Assembly (NCBI RefSeq): GCF_031769215.1
Contig: NW_026782024.1
Coordinates: 620,001 to 684,000, forward strand
DNA from: Ylistrum balloti
Taxonomy: Eukaryota
Direction: 5' to 3'
DNA length: 64,000 nucleotides
Positions 26,101 to 36,600 of this stretch are shown piece by piece (position 1 is the first letter of the stretch; each line of letters opens with the position of its first letter). Position numbers and translations under genes: made by a program. Under the pieces are notes generated by a model, which saw only the letters and a list, made by a program, of their open reading frames with translations, made no database searches and was not told the DNA's origin.

Positions 26101-26396
26101 CTTTTTTAATTTACTACATTTTTTTACATGAATTGAACCATATTCAACACTTCTATCTAAACTTTTCCCTTTTTGCGGGGTCGTTCATTTGATCTCATTA
26201 GAGACACATCCTAAAATGCCAATACTGAACTGTCGTTAATCTGATATCCAATACAACACTTTTTTGTAGTTTTGTATGTTAATGAAAATTTATATGAATT
26301 TATGTGTTAACCTTACCCGTCATATCTGATCTCTGAGCCGCGTGCCAATACGAATATCGTAAGGACGACCAGCGCCAGGGTGGATACCCTCATCAT
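17187..26396 (-). CDS. Pancreatic-type zinc metallocarboxypeptidase (M14A, CPA/CPB-like) preproenzyme, copy A, 10 exons, 416 aa
   Basis: Exons 26396-26317, 24617-24533, 24051-23836, 23307-23206, 21585-21478, 20825-20724, 20163-20079, 19943-19744, 18269-18185, 17374-17187 (1251 nt, all GT-AG). Signal peptide [20 protein letters not shown], propeptide, GIHSRE (H69/E72), [16 protein letters not shown] (H196), [11 protein letters not shown] (Y248), GVELRD (E270). Confidence 0.96.
22225..22900 (+). mobile_element. Penelope-like element 3' RT fragment in carboxypeptidase A-copy intron 4
   Basis: [44 protein letters not shown] and (K)LYGRHNYLI remnants; same family as 6740-7200. Confidence 0.65.
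24121..24164 (-). ncRNA. Degenerate type I hammerhead (HHR3) within a ~300-bp retrozyme-family copy (~24085-24390)
   Basis: Minus strand: GCATCA-CAGACGA-ATCCTAGAAGGAC-GAAA-CATATG-TA-TGATGC; U4A and G10.1A. Flanks align to 3240-3530. Confidence 0.75.
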
Positions 26397-29300
26397 GATG
26401 GACATGGAAAAACAACACTAATCTTCTCACTAACCTAGACTACAAATATGTATAGATATATATAATCAGTATTACTGATACACATTACCCGAGTACCATG
26501 CTCAGTATAGATAACAGGTGCTACAGTTTGTGGTATCACATGTGGCGCGTGTCACGCTGTCCAGGTAGTCTCGTGCTCTAGACTCTTAGAAACATTGCCT
26601 TTAAAGTCATAAGATAAACCTAAAACATATGGAAGGTTTATCTCTACATCACAATGAAAATAGATACATATGTTTGTATATCTTACATAAGGATTTCAAA
26701 ACACAGCGAATTCGAGAAAAAAAAGTCTATATTCCTTGGTCTTTATGTCACGATCCCGTCTGATAATTTGTCCATCCTTCAGTCTAACATATTTCATTCC
26801 AACGCAAAGAAACGAAATTCCTTCTCTTGTTGTGAGTCTTTCAACGAAAGCTGATTAGCGGTTCAAATATATGATTTTAAACCATACTGGGTGATATTTC
26901 GTGAAAATAACAGCCCATGACAAAGAGAAATATATTGAGAATGAAATCATGAAAATGATACAGTGGTAAGATATTCCTAAAGACTATAGGCATACCCATG
27001 AGATCAATCTACCCTTCTCTTGACTTGTTTATGATTACATACGATGCTAAAATATCGAAGGCTATATCAATTATCATCATGACCAAGTTCTTAGAATGAT
27101 ATATCGATAATGTATTGTTTTAGAATATTAGTGGCAAGAAATGTATTGATCATGGCCATATTACATACCTATCAGAACAGAAACGTAGACACTGTAACAT
27201 GGGACAAGCCAGGTTAGTCTCGATTAAGGGACGAGAAAAGAAAACACGATAGAGCTTTTGTTTAATACATTGTCAATTTAAAATTTAACAAAACTATATA
27301 CACAAACTATGAAGGTACCGGACACACACTGCAAACATGCCACTTCCGCTCAGTCATAAAGTCTCTGTATGGTCATCCTGTACAATTGACGAACTAACGC
27401 CTAATCTTCTGCAGCAGCTTGAAGAGGTGGGACACGAACATTGAAAACATCTCTGATTTTCCAATAAACAGCTGGATCCACTGATAGGTGTCCAAATGGA
27501 AAGCACGCTCATGCTCAATGGTCTGTCTGCAACAGACACCAAATGTCTGTACAGCCTCCCAACACGGCCAAGTCCTTGGTTCAAACACACGGCTTCATCA
27601 ATATATCTTCAACGTACAAACAACTGTGATCCATTTTAATGCAGCAGTCTAGACAGTCAAACTGCATTTTTTCAGGAGGCGTGTCCAGAATGATGACACA
27701 GCTTGTTACACCATTCTTATATTGCTGTAGAAACAGAAATACAAATACACTTTGTCATTACACATAACTACCAAACATACTATTATTCAAAGGAGTTACC
27801 CCCCAAAACAGTTGGATAACAATTAACAGCAATCTAACAAGATTACCTTATGCTATATATGGGTTTCCATACAATAAATTTCTAATACCACTGAAGTGAT
27901 AAGAAATTAAATATTATACACCATATAACCTATCTATCCTGTAAATATCTATTATACATGTTTGTATTTAGAAGTACAATTGAAAAAGTATGCCTAAAAT
28001 TATTGAAACAATTATACAATATTTACCTTTTTGGACCGCATTCCAAGGATAAGTAAAACTTCAGCGCAAAATAAAAAAAAAAAAAAAAAAATAGAACTAC
28101 AAATAAGCTAAACAATACTTATCTCACTCTATATCACACGTGCCTGTATAAATAGTACCATATTATTATAGATATAGATAAAGCACTGCCCATAAGGGAA
28201 CACCAGTAGTGCCAAGATGGTAGAAAAATACAACACACATGACACACAATATACAATAAAGCTGTGGCAATACATGCGATGGTGACTGACTCTTCTATAA
28301 CATACGCTTGCCTCTACCTTTTCCTAAAATGAAACCAGTAGGACAGGGATAGGTGTATGATAGACGTAAAGATTCCGATTTCCTCATTTCTAGATAGTAC
28401 CATCTCCGTTTCCCCAATATACAGTGTTTACACATTAACTATTTGTCAATATGTACAGGCTTTTATTGTGATGAAGCCTACATGACAAAGACTAAGTCAT
28501 TTTTTGGCTTTTCTGTTTCTTATTCTTTATTTGTAAATGGAAGGCGCTATTCATCATTTATTACATTTTTGCAAGTGAAATATAGAGAAATATCTCATTA
28601 AAAAAGTGCTAAATAACACTTTAGCTGACTTAACACCAATGTAAAGAGAGAACACAAATCAACTTTCAAAACTCCGGTAAAAAAAAAAAAAAAAAACACA
28701 CACACACAACTAGAAGCCAGAGGGGTTGTTTACAAATAACACTACCTTCAATTCCATGATAAATTTTTATTTTCATGAAAGTCAGCAAACAATGCAACAC
28801 AGATTATCTTATCCGAGATGAAACCAAATCCAATACCAAAGGTCTTGAATGTGAAGCTAATACGTTAGACGTTTCAAGTGGATTCATGTCATCAACGGCT
28901 GCATGTTGCAGCCATATTTAAAAAAAAACACGCACATAATATATTTGTTGCGTATTGTGACGTTATAATGAGTGGGTATTGTTCACGAAAAGCCTAGTCA
29001 GCTTCCTCGTTTTATATCTGTTCTAAATAGGCCAGTAATTTTGCTATTTTGCTTGTGAAAATGTGATGAATAGAATATTTAATAGTTATTAGACACACCT
29101 GTGAAATATATTTGTTATTACTGAAGACACGATTAAATATCCTCTATATTCCTTTTGAATATTCAAAAATGATAAATTTGAGTTTCACTTGGCATACACA
29201 AATATGCAGCTAATAGTTTAGGGTTGCCATCTAAAATGATGGAAATGTGTTTGCATTCATATGATACAACATAATGAGATAAAAGTGTTATCTAGAGATA

Positions 29301-29533
29301 CTATCTCCGTATGAACCAGTATCTATGTTTGGGGTAATTGTGATAAGAGGACATCTTCGCTAGAAATAGTCCTGTAAACAGTTGTTAATAATCACAACCT
29401 AATTTCTAAACTACTAACATATGTGCAGCTCAGTTTTTGTTGGTTTTTTAAATTATTTTTTTATTTCTTAATTTTTGTTTGTTTGTTTGTTTTGTTTTGA
29501 TTTTTCTCCTAACATCAAATACCTGAATTAGCT

Positions 29534-31136
29534 AGGGTTTCTGTCTCAGTATCCCATACATAAAGTTGCCAGGGTTTCTGTCTCAATATCCCACACATAA
29601 AGTTGCCAGGGTTTCTGTCTCAATATCCCACACATAAAGTTGCCAGGATTTCTGTCTCAACAACCCATACATAAAGTTGCCAGGATTTCTGTCTCAATAT
29701 CCCACACATAAAGTTGCCAGGGTTTCTATCTCAATATCCCACACGTAAAGTTGCCAGGGTCTCTATCTCAACACCCCACACATACAGTTGCCAGGGTTTC
29801 TGTCTCAATATCCCACACATAAAGTTGCCAGGGTTTCTATCTCAATAACCCACACATAAAGTTGCCAGGGTTTCTGTCTCAATAACCCACACATAAAGTT
29901 GCCAGGATTTCTGTCTCAATATCCCACACATATAGTTGCCAGGGTTTCTGTCTCAATATCACACACATAAAGTTGCCAGGATTTCTGTCTCAATATTTCA
30001 CATATAAAGTTGCCAGGATTTCTGTCTCAATATCCCACACATAAAGTTGCCAGGATTTCTGTCTCAATATCCCACACATAAAATTGCCAGGGTTATTTTC
30101 TCAATATCCCACACATAAAGTTACCAGGGTTATTTTCTCAATATCCCACACATAAAGTTGCCAGGGTTATTTTCTCAATATCCCACACATAAAGTTGCCA
30201 GGGTTTCTGTCTCAATATCACACACATAAAGTTGCCAAGATTTCTGTCTCAATATTTCACATATAAAGTTGCAAGGATTTCTGTCTCAATATCCCACACA
30301 TAAAGTTGCCAGGATTTCTGTCTCAATATCCCACACATAAAGTTGCCAGGGTTATTTTCTCAATATCCCACACATAAAGTTGCCAGGGTTATTTTCTCAA
30401 TATCCCACACATAAAGTTGCCAGGGTTATTTTCTCAATATCCCACACATAAAGTTGCCAGGATTTCTATCTCAATATCCCACACATAAAGTTGCCAGGAT
30501 TTCTGTCTCAATATCCCACACATAAAGTTGCCAGGGTTTCTGTCTCAATATCCCACACATAAAGTTGCCAGGGTTATTTTCTCAATATCCCACACATAAA
30601 GTTGCCAGGGTTATTTTCTCAATATCCCACACATAAAGTTGCCAGGATTTCTATCTCAATATCCCACACATAAAGTTGCCAGGATTTCTGTCTCAATATC
30701 CCACACATAAAGTTGCCAGGGTTTCTGTCTCAATATCCCACACATAAAGTTGCCAGGGTTTCTGTCTCAATATCTCACACATAAAGTTGCCAGGGTTTCT
30801 GTCTCAATATCCCACACATAAAGTTGCCAGGGTCTCTATCTCAACACCCCACACATAAAGTTGCCAGGATTTCTGTCTCAATATCCCACACATAAAGTTG
30901 CCAGGATTTCTGTCTCAACAACCCACACATAAAGTTGCCAGGATTTCTGTCTCAATATCTCACACATAAAGTTGCCAGGGTTTCTGTCTCAATATCCCAC
31001 ACATAAAGTTGCCAGGGTTTCTGTCTCAATATCCCACACATAAAGTTGCCAGGGGTTCTGTCTGTCTCAATATCCCACACATAAAGTTGCCAGGGTTTCT
31101 GTCACAATATCCCACACATAAAGTTGCCAGGGTTTC
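29534..31136. repeat. 37-bp minisatellite, ~43 units (copy A)
   Basis: Unit AGGGTTTCTGTCTCAATATCCCACACATAAAGTTGCC, head-to-tail, no spacers. Confidence 0.97.
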
Positions 31137-32756
31137 GGTTATATTAAGTTCATACCCAGCATACATACACGTATGGTGTAACGAGTACTGTGTAACGCGT
31201 GGGTATATATGTTCACCTAACGACATGTTTATATATCATATGAAAATATGCATGCATTATTATAATTGCGCACACTCATTACGGCTTTAAATTGCACGTG
31301 TTTTATCAATTTATTTACGAATGACCACTAGTGGTTATATATGAATTCAAACTATGACTTCAAACTCAGACACATGAATTTTGTGTAAATTGTGAACAAA
31401 GCTCATATACCTGAATCATATATATTAACACTATCGTTTCATTGTTACTACACACACGCATACATGTCCAGGACAATAGGTAGAAACATCAAAGGGAGGG
31501 TAATTATATTCTGTTTCATATAGGTACTGCATTTACCTGAGATATTTTACCTGTGGATCTACCTGTAATTTTTACTTAAAATGATATTTTAGATGTATCA
31601 TTATAAATCAACAATTAATTATTGATATTTTGTCTCTTAATACTTCAGTATTTCAGGCAGAAAGTACATGTATACATGCACATGTCCTTCTAAAAATTGA
31701 ATCAACTTCTTACTCTGTCAAATTGATAAATAATCTATGCATAACCATTTACATAATCATTTACCTTTCTCTGCGAGAAGACCTAATTCTGTATAAATGA
31801 CCAGTATATGCTAAGTTGTTACCCCCTTTTCTATTCTGGATGAACTTAAAATCTAACTGAGCATTAGCCATGATTGATTTCTAACAATGTCAGTTAAGTA
31901 TCCGAACCTATTAATGAATGATGGATTTGGTGATTAATTTAGAATCTTATATAGATGAATATATAGTTTGGATACTCAACTCCTGGTGTCATGTCATATG
32001 TAGCTTGGTCTACGTTAGCACAGTATTAACACAGTCCATCATGTTTTTAAAGATTGAACTAAGATAAGAGAACAATTTCATATTAAAACATCTGAACCCC
32101 AAAAAATATTATAATAAAAAATTATATAGTGGAAATGATATCACAATAGTTTATATTATTTTGGAATATACAACAAAAATAATGTAACATCATTAAAAAT
32201 TGCATAATAATTACATGTACATTATGTCACCATATATTATTTTTTATTATATTACGTCTTTAATTATTTCATTTTATTTCCTTTTTTGGCTGAGTTTTTT
32301 TATACGTGTACAGGTGAGAACCACAGGTAAAAAAACAGGTAAACCGAACTAACATTAATGATATAGACTATAATCACTGTAAAAACAAAGTTCCTGGTTC
32401 ACGTTTATAATATGTATGCGTTCCGGGATACAACCACACACACACACCATAACCTGGACAATAGGAAGGACCTCAAGTTACATTTTGATATATTTATAAA
32501 TCATTAGTAAAATAATACGCACTTGCACATACATTAAAGATATGAGACAGGAGAATGTAAGAAGTACTATTTTCTTTTGATGCCTACTTGAAATTCTTAA
32601 ATTCTTGGGACATCATATTGTTAGCGTGTTTAAAGGAAGGTTACTAAAATTTAAGGACTGTTAATGTTTAAATACAGTCAATTAGTTTAATACATCAGCT
32701 TCATTTATTTTACAACAATTGCAAAACAATCCTTAAGCTTATATTAATCACTCTTG

Positions 32757-32895
32757 ATGGCCCGGCGAAAACCAACGAAGTCGGGCAGGTGACCCCATAC
32801 CTTTTCACGTCCATTACGGGAATCGAAGAATAGAACCTCGGACGGCAGGTGAAAGGCGAATGCGTTACCAGTGCACTGCGCCATCCGATATACCC
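32757..32895 (-). mobile_element. tRNA-derived SINE fragment (copy A)
   Basis: Minus strand: GGATGGCGCAGTG..GGTAACGCATTCGCCTTTCACC..GAGGTTC..CGATTCCC (A/B-box-like head), then GGACGTGAAAAGGTATGGGGTCACCTGCCCGAC body. Confidence 0.7.
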
Positions 32896-33309
32896 TTGTC
32901 GATTAGTGCTAATGTTCATTTTCAGTCATATACATTTCAACATTTTTCTGCATTTGAGGATATAAAAAAAAATCAGGTTCAGTTGAATTTAGCTTTTTTG
33001 TGCTCCAATTTCCCAAGCACATCATAACTACCCACACCTCCAACTCCAACATTATGATCACACGCTCTCCATCACACACAAAAAATATTACAAATAAGAA
33101 CAATAATGATCAGATAAAAATGAATGCAGTTACTATAACAAAAAAACTAGGTTTAGTGTTATCAGTAACTACCCTCGCATAGCATCGAACGCTAAATTGC
33201 GCGATTATTTTGTTTCATAATGTAGTTACAAACGAGCGCGCCCGTATTTCGGTTATCCTCTTTTTCTCTTCGGTTATTTTCGAGATTTTTTTTCTTACAT
33301 CAGACGAAA

Positions 33310-33355
33310 ATGGCTGCTCCATGCGCAAGATGCAGAGCTGTAATTTCCAATTTAT
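33310..33355 (+). pseudogene. Orphan duplicate of a promoter-proximal coding first exon (MAAPCARCRAVISNL)
   Basis: AAAATGGCTGCTCC start in a CpG-rich patch (33180-33300); donor T|GTAAGT at 33355/33356. Unit A ends 265 bp later, so no downstream exons follow. Confidence 0.6.
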
Positions 33356-33684
33356 GTAAGTATTTTAGTATATTTGTTATAAGCATTTCATGCCATGATA
33401 CTATCACGTTAATGTAAAGGATAGAAATATTAATATTGTTGAAATATATTATTATATCAGAATTTGGTCGTCATTCTGAAGAAATTTAGCAGTAAAAAGT
33501 ACAAAAATAAGAGTCGTAGAAGTTAGATAAATATGTATGTAACAAATATGGCTATATAGACAAATATGAATATATCAAATATGACTACACGTATATAGGA
33601 CAATTGTAAACAACTGAACTGTTTCGTAATAAGAAATAGCATGAAAAGTGATAAAGTACAACACTGTAGAAGAATTTTCGGTCA

Positions 33685-36600
33685 TTAGATGTCATACAGA
33701 ATAGTTCGTTGGCCAAGCACACACGGTATGACGATATTGACGATGTCTGTGAAGACCACCAGCCCGAACACAACAGTCAACAGCCCAATTCCTATATAAC
33801 CCATGAAGGTAGCGCTAACTCTATAGTCTGAGGCCGATGTGATTCGTCTCTTTGCGGATGACAGTGTTTTCTTATCAAGCTTCAATTCCGCTGCTATATT
33901 CTTAGTGAGTTCCAGAATAATTTCCAGGTTCGCTACTGATGATAGCTGATTACTGACTGTTTTCTGGCAATCGGTACACGAGCATGACACGCCAGTTGTT
34001 AATGTCTGCGAGCTCTGTGTGGTTTCTTTTGGGATAGTGGATGTTATGTCCGTTGTCGACGATGTTTCCTTCGTAGGTCCTTCAAAAAGAGAAAACTCTT
34101 TTTCTTTTGCATACAAAAGCCGACTTTATTTCAAGAAGTATTATATCGCTCTGTAATATGAATGGAAAGGTTTCATATATCACTATATACATTTATCAAA
34201 TAGAAGACTAAATAAATAACCAAGACAGTTGATACAGATTATGTTCATATTTATTTTGAGGGATGTAATATTTTATATAGATGGCGAATATAGGCCAATG
34301 ACTTCAACTGAATCAGCATAAGAATGGAGGAACTGGGAGAAAATTCCTCCAAAAATAGCTGATGTTAACTAGTAAGTGAGGCATTAATATTGAATTCAGG
34401 AAATAATAAGCAATCTGTTGTCAGAGTGCATATTTATTTTGAGGGATGTAATATTTTATATAGATGGCGAATATAGGCCAATGGCTTCAACTGAATCAGC
34501 ATAAGAATGGAGGAAACTGGGTACAGAAAATTCCTCCAAAAATAGCTGATGTTAACTAGTAAGTGAGGCATTAATATTGAATTCAGGAAATAATAAGCAA
34601 TCTGTTGTCAGAGTGCAAAAAACTGAGCCAAATTGCAATACTGTTGAAACAATCGATAATCGGATAAGGAACAATTGAAAAACAGTTTGCCAGTTTTCCA
34701 AGAATTGTATAAATTTTACAATGAGAATTGATAACATGGTGGTTACTTTTAAAAGAACCCATAACTACTTGTTTGTATTCACAACAGCATTGCAAAATTT
34801 CCATGAATGAATAATACCAAAATATAACCACTTTAGATCAACAACTTCAAATCAACTATCGATTGTGGAATTTGATAATCCCTTGATTTTAAACAGATAT
34901 GTTGCAATGATTTATAAAATGATAATTGGCATAATACTATTACACTAACTCAGCTGTTGGTATTCTAATGTACCTTTTGAAAGCCCTTGATTCCCAACTT
35001 CCCATTTCCTTAATATTCTCATCTGAGAAACCTTTGTAAGCTGCATAAGTTGCAGCCCCAACCCTGAAGGAGTGTGATTTGTAACTACCTTCCACCTCTA
35101 AAGCGTTTAATGATTTCATTAGAACTGCAGAGAACTGGTACCGTGTTACTGCAGAACTGTCAAGGTGACAAAAGAAGGTACCAGGACAGGGCCTACGTAT
35201 GTCAAGATACTGTCTAACTAAAGTGTATTGACAGATATCTGAAGCATTCCTTCTTAAGGCTATAACAACCCCTGCCCCTGCCTGGTCAGTTTTAGAATGA
35301 GGAAGCCTTATCTCTACCACCCCCTCCTTATCGAACACTTTAACATTGTGTACCAATAAAGCATGCCCGGCAATGCCCTGCTTGTCGACAACTAAATCTC
35401 TTACACCTAGAAAGGCAGAAAATGCCACGGAAAAAATTGCAGAAAATAATACTGCTTCATATGTGGAGCTACAAACAACAGGCAAAATATGAATAACCCT
35501 GCGTAACAGTTCTGGTGATAATGGAAGATGTATATCTGAACGTGTATCCAGTCTTGACATGCCTAGCAACATTATCTTTACAAGAAAAAACTGTGTCACA
35601 TCTGAAACATTAAGCAATTTACACTTAAACCCTAATCCTGCGACGTATGATTTAACTGTAGCAGGAGCAATACCATTTGAAGATAAGAATGCAATAAACT
35701 CGACAACTTGCTGCTGCGTGGGTGGCCAAGTCAAACCCAAATTAAACTTCTGCCGAAAATCTTCAAAGCGAGCTAACCCTGTGTTGTAAACCTGTCTAGA
35801 GTTTGATGAAATAGAGGCTCTCAAAATTCTCTCAATTTCATGCTGTAGATGAGCTGTTTGAATGCTGCTGGTATTACTTCCGGAAGCCGAGCCGCATGCG
35901 GAGCTAAAGACCGGAAACGATCCCACTGCTTGCGAGAGATGGCATCAGCAATAGAATTAGTATTTCCTGGGATATGCAATGCCCTGAATTGTATGTTATG
36001 AAGCATGCACCGCAATACCAAGGGACGGACAAGACCCATGATTCTACAAGACCTAGAGGTTTTATTGTTCAAAATTGTAACCAAGCTTTGATTATCAGTA
36101 TGCAATAGGATTTTTTTATTCTGTAATTCTGCCCCCTAAATAAATGTTGACATGACTGTAGGCACAAGTTCCAGAAAAGTAATGTCACGAATAACATCAG
36201 ATACAATCCACTGTTTAGGCCAGGAAATAAATGCCCATTTCCACCTTTACTTCCATCCCCACCAGCACTATCAGTATAGAGCTCCAGCTAAGAGTTGTCC
36301 ACCCAGAATCTCTCCGGGAAACTACAATAGCCATTGTAAAGCTCAAGAAACATAAGCAAGACCTGAATGTCCTCTCTCATGTCATGTGTAACCCTAATAA
36401 AATGATGACTCTTCTTCACCCCTGACATAGCATTATAAAAAACGCCGAATAAATGCCCGTGCGGCTGGAAGATAAAACAGGAACAAAAGATAACCCAAAC
36501 TTGATAAACAATAAATGCCAGCCAATGCTGATATTATGACTGTAATCTAAAGGACCTTGCATGCACTTGTGTTCAGATTATTTTTTTTTAAATAAAATAT

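Larger units (their letters stand above)
11068..33620. repeat. Tandem segmental duplication, unit A (~22.5 kb)
   Basis: Collinear with 33623-57987 in genes, introns and repeats. Starts TTCGTAACAAGAAATAGCAT (11068) and ends CAACTGAACT (33620). Confidence 0.95.

Noticed and set aside
29534-31136. CRISPR array (37-bp repeats)
   Set aside because: Units are directly head-to-tail with no unique spacers, there are no cas genes and the context is eukaryotic: a minisatellite.
31009-31290. ORFs 31009-31290 and 31026-31226
   Set aside because: Translations of the minisatellite end.
32757-32895. tRNA genes at 32757-32895, 57136-57270 and 58576-58640
   Set aside because: Only A/B-box-like heads without a complete cloverleaf, followed by SINE body sequence.
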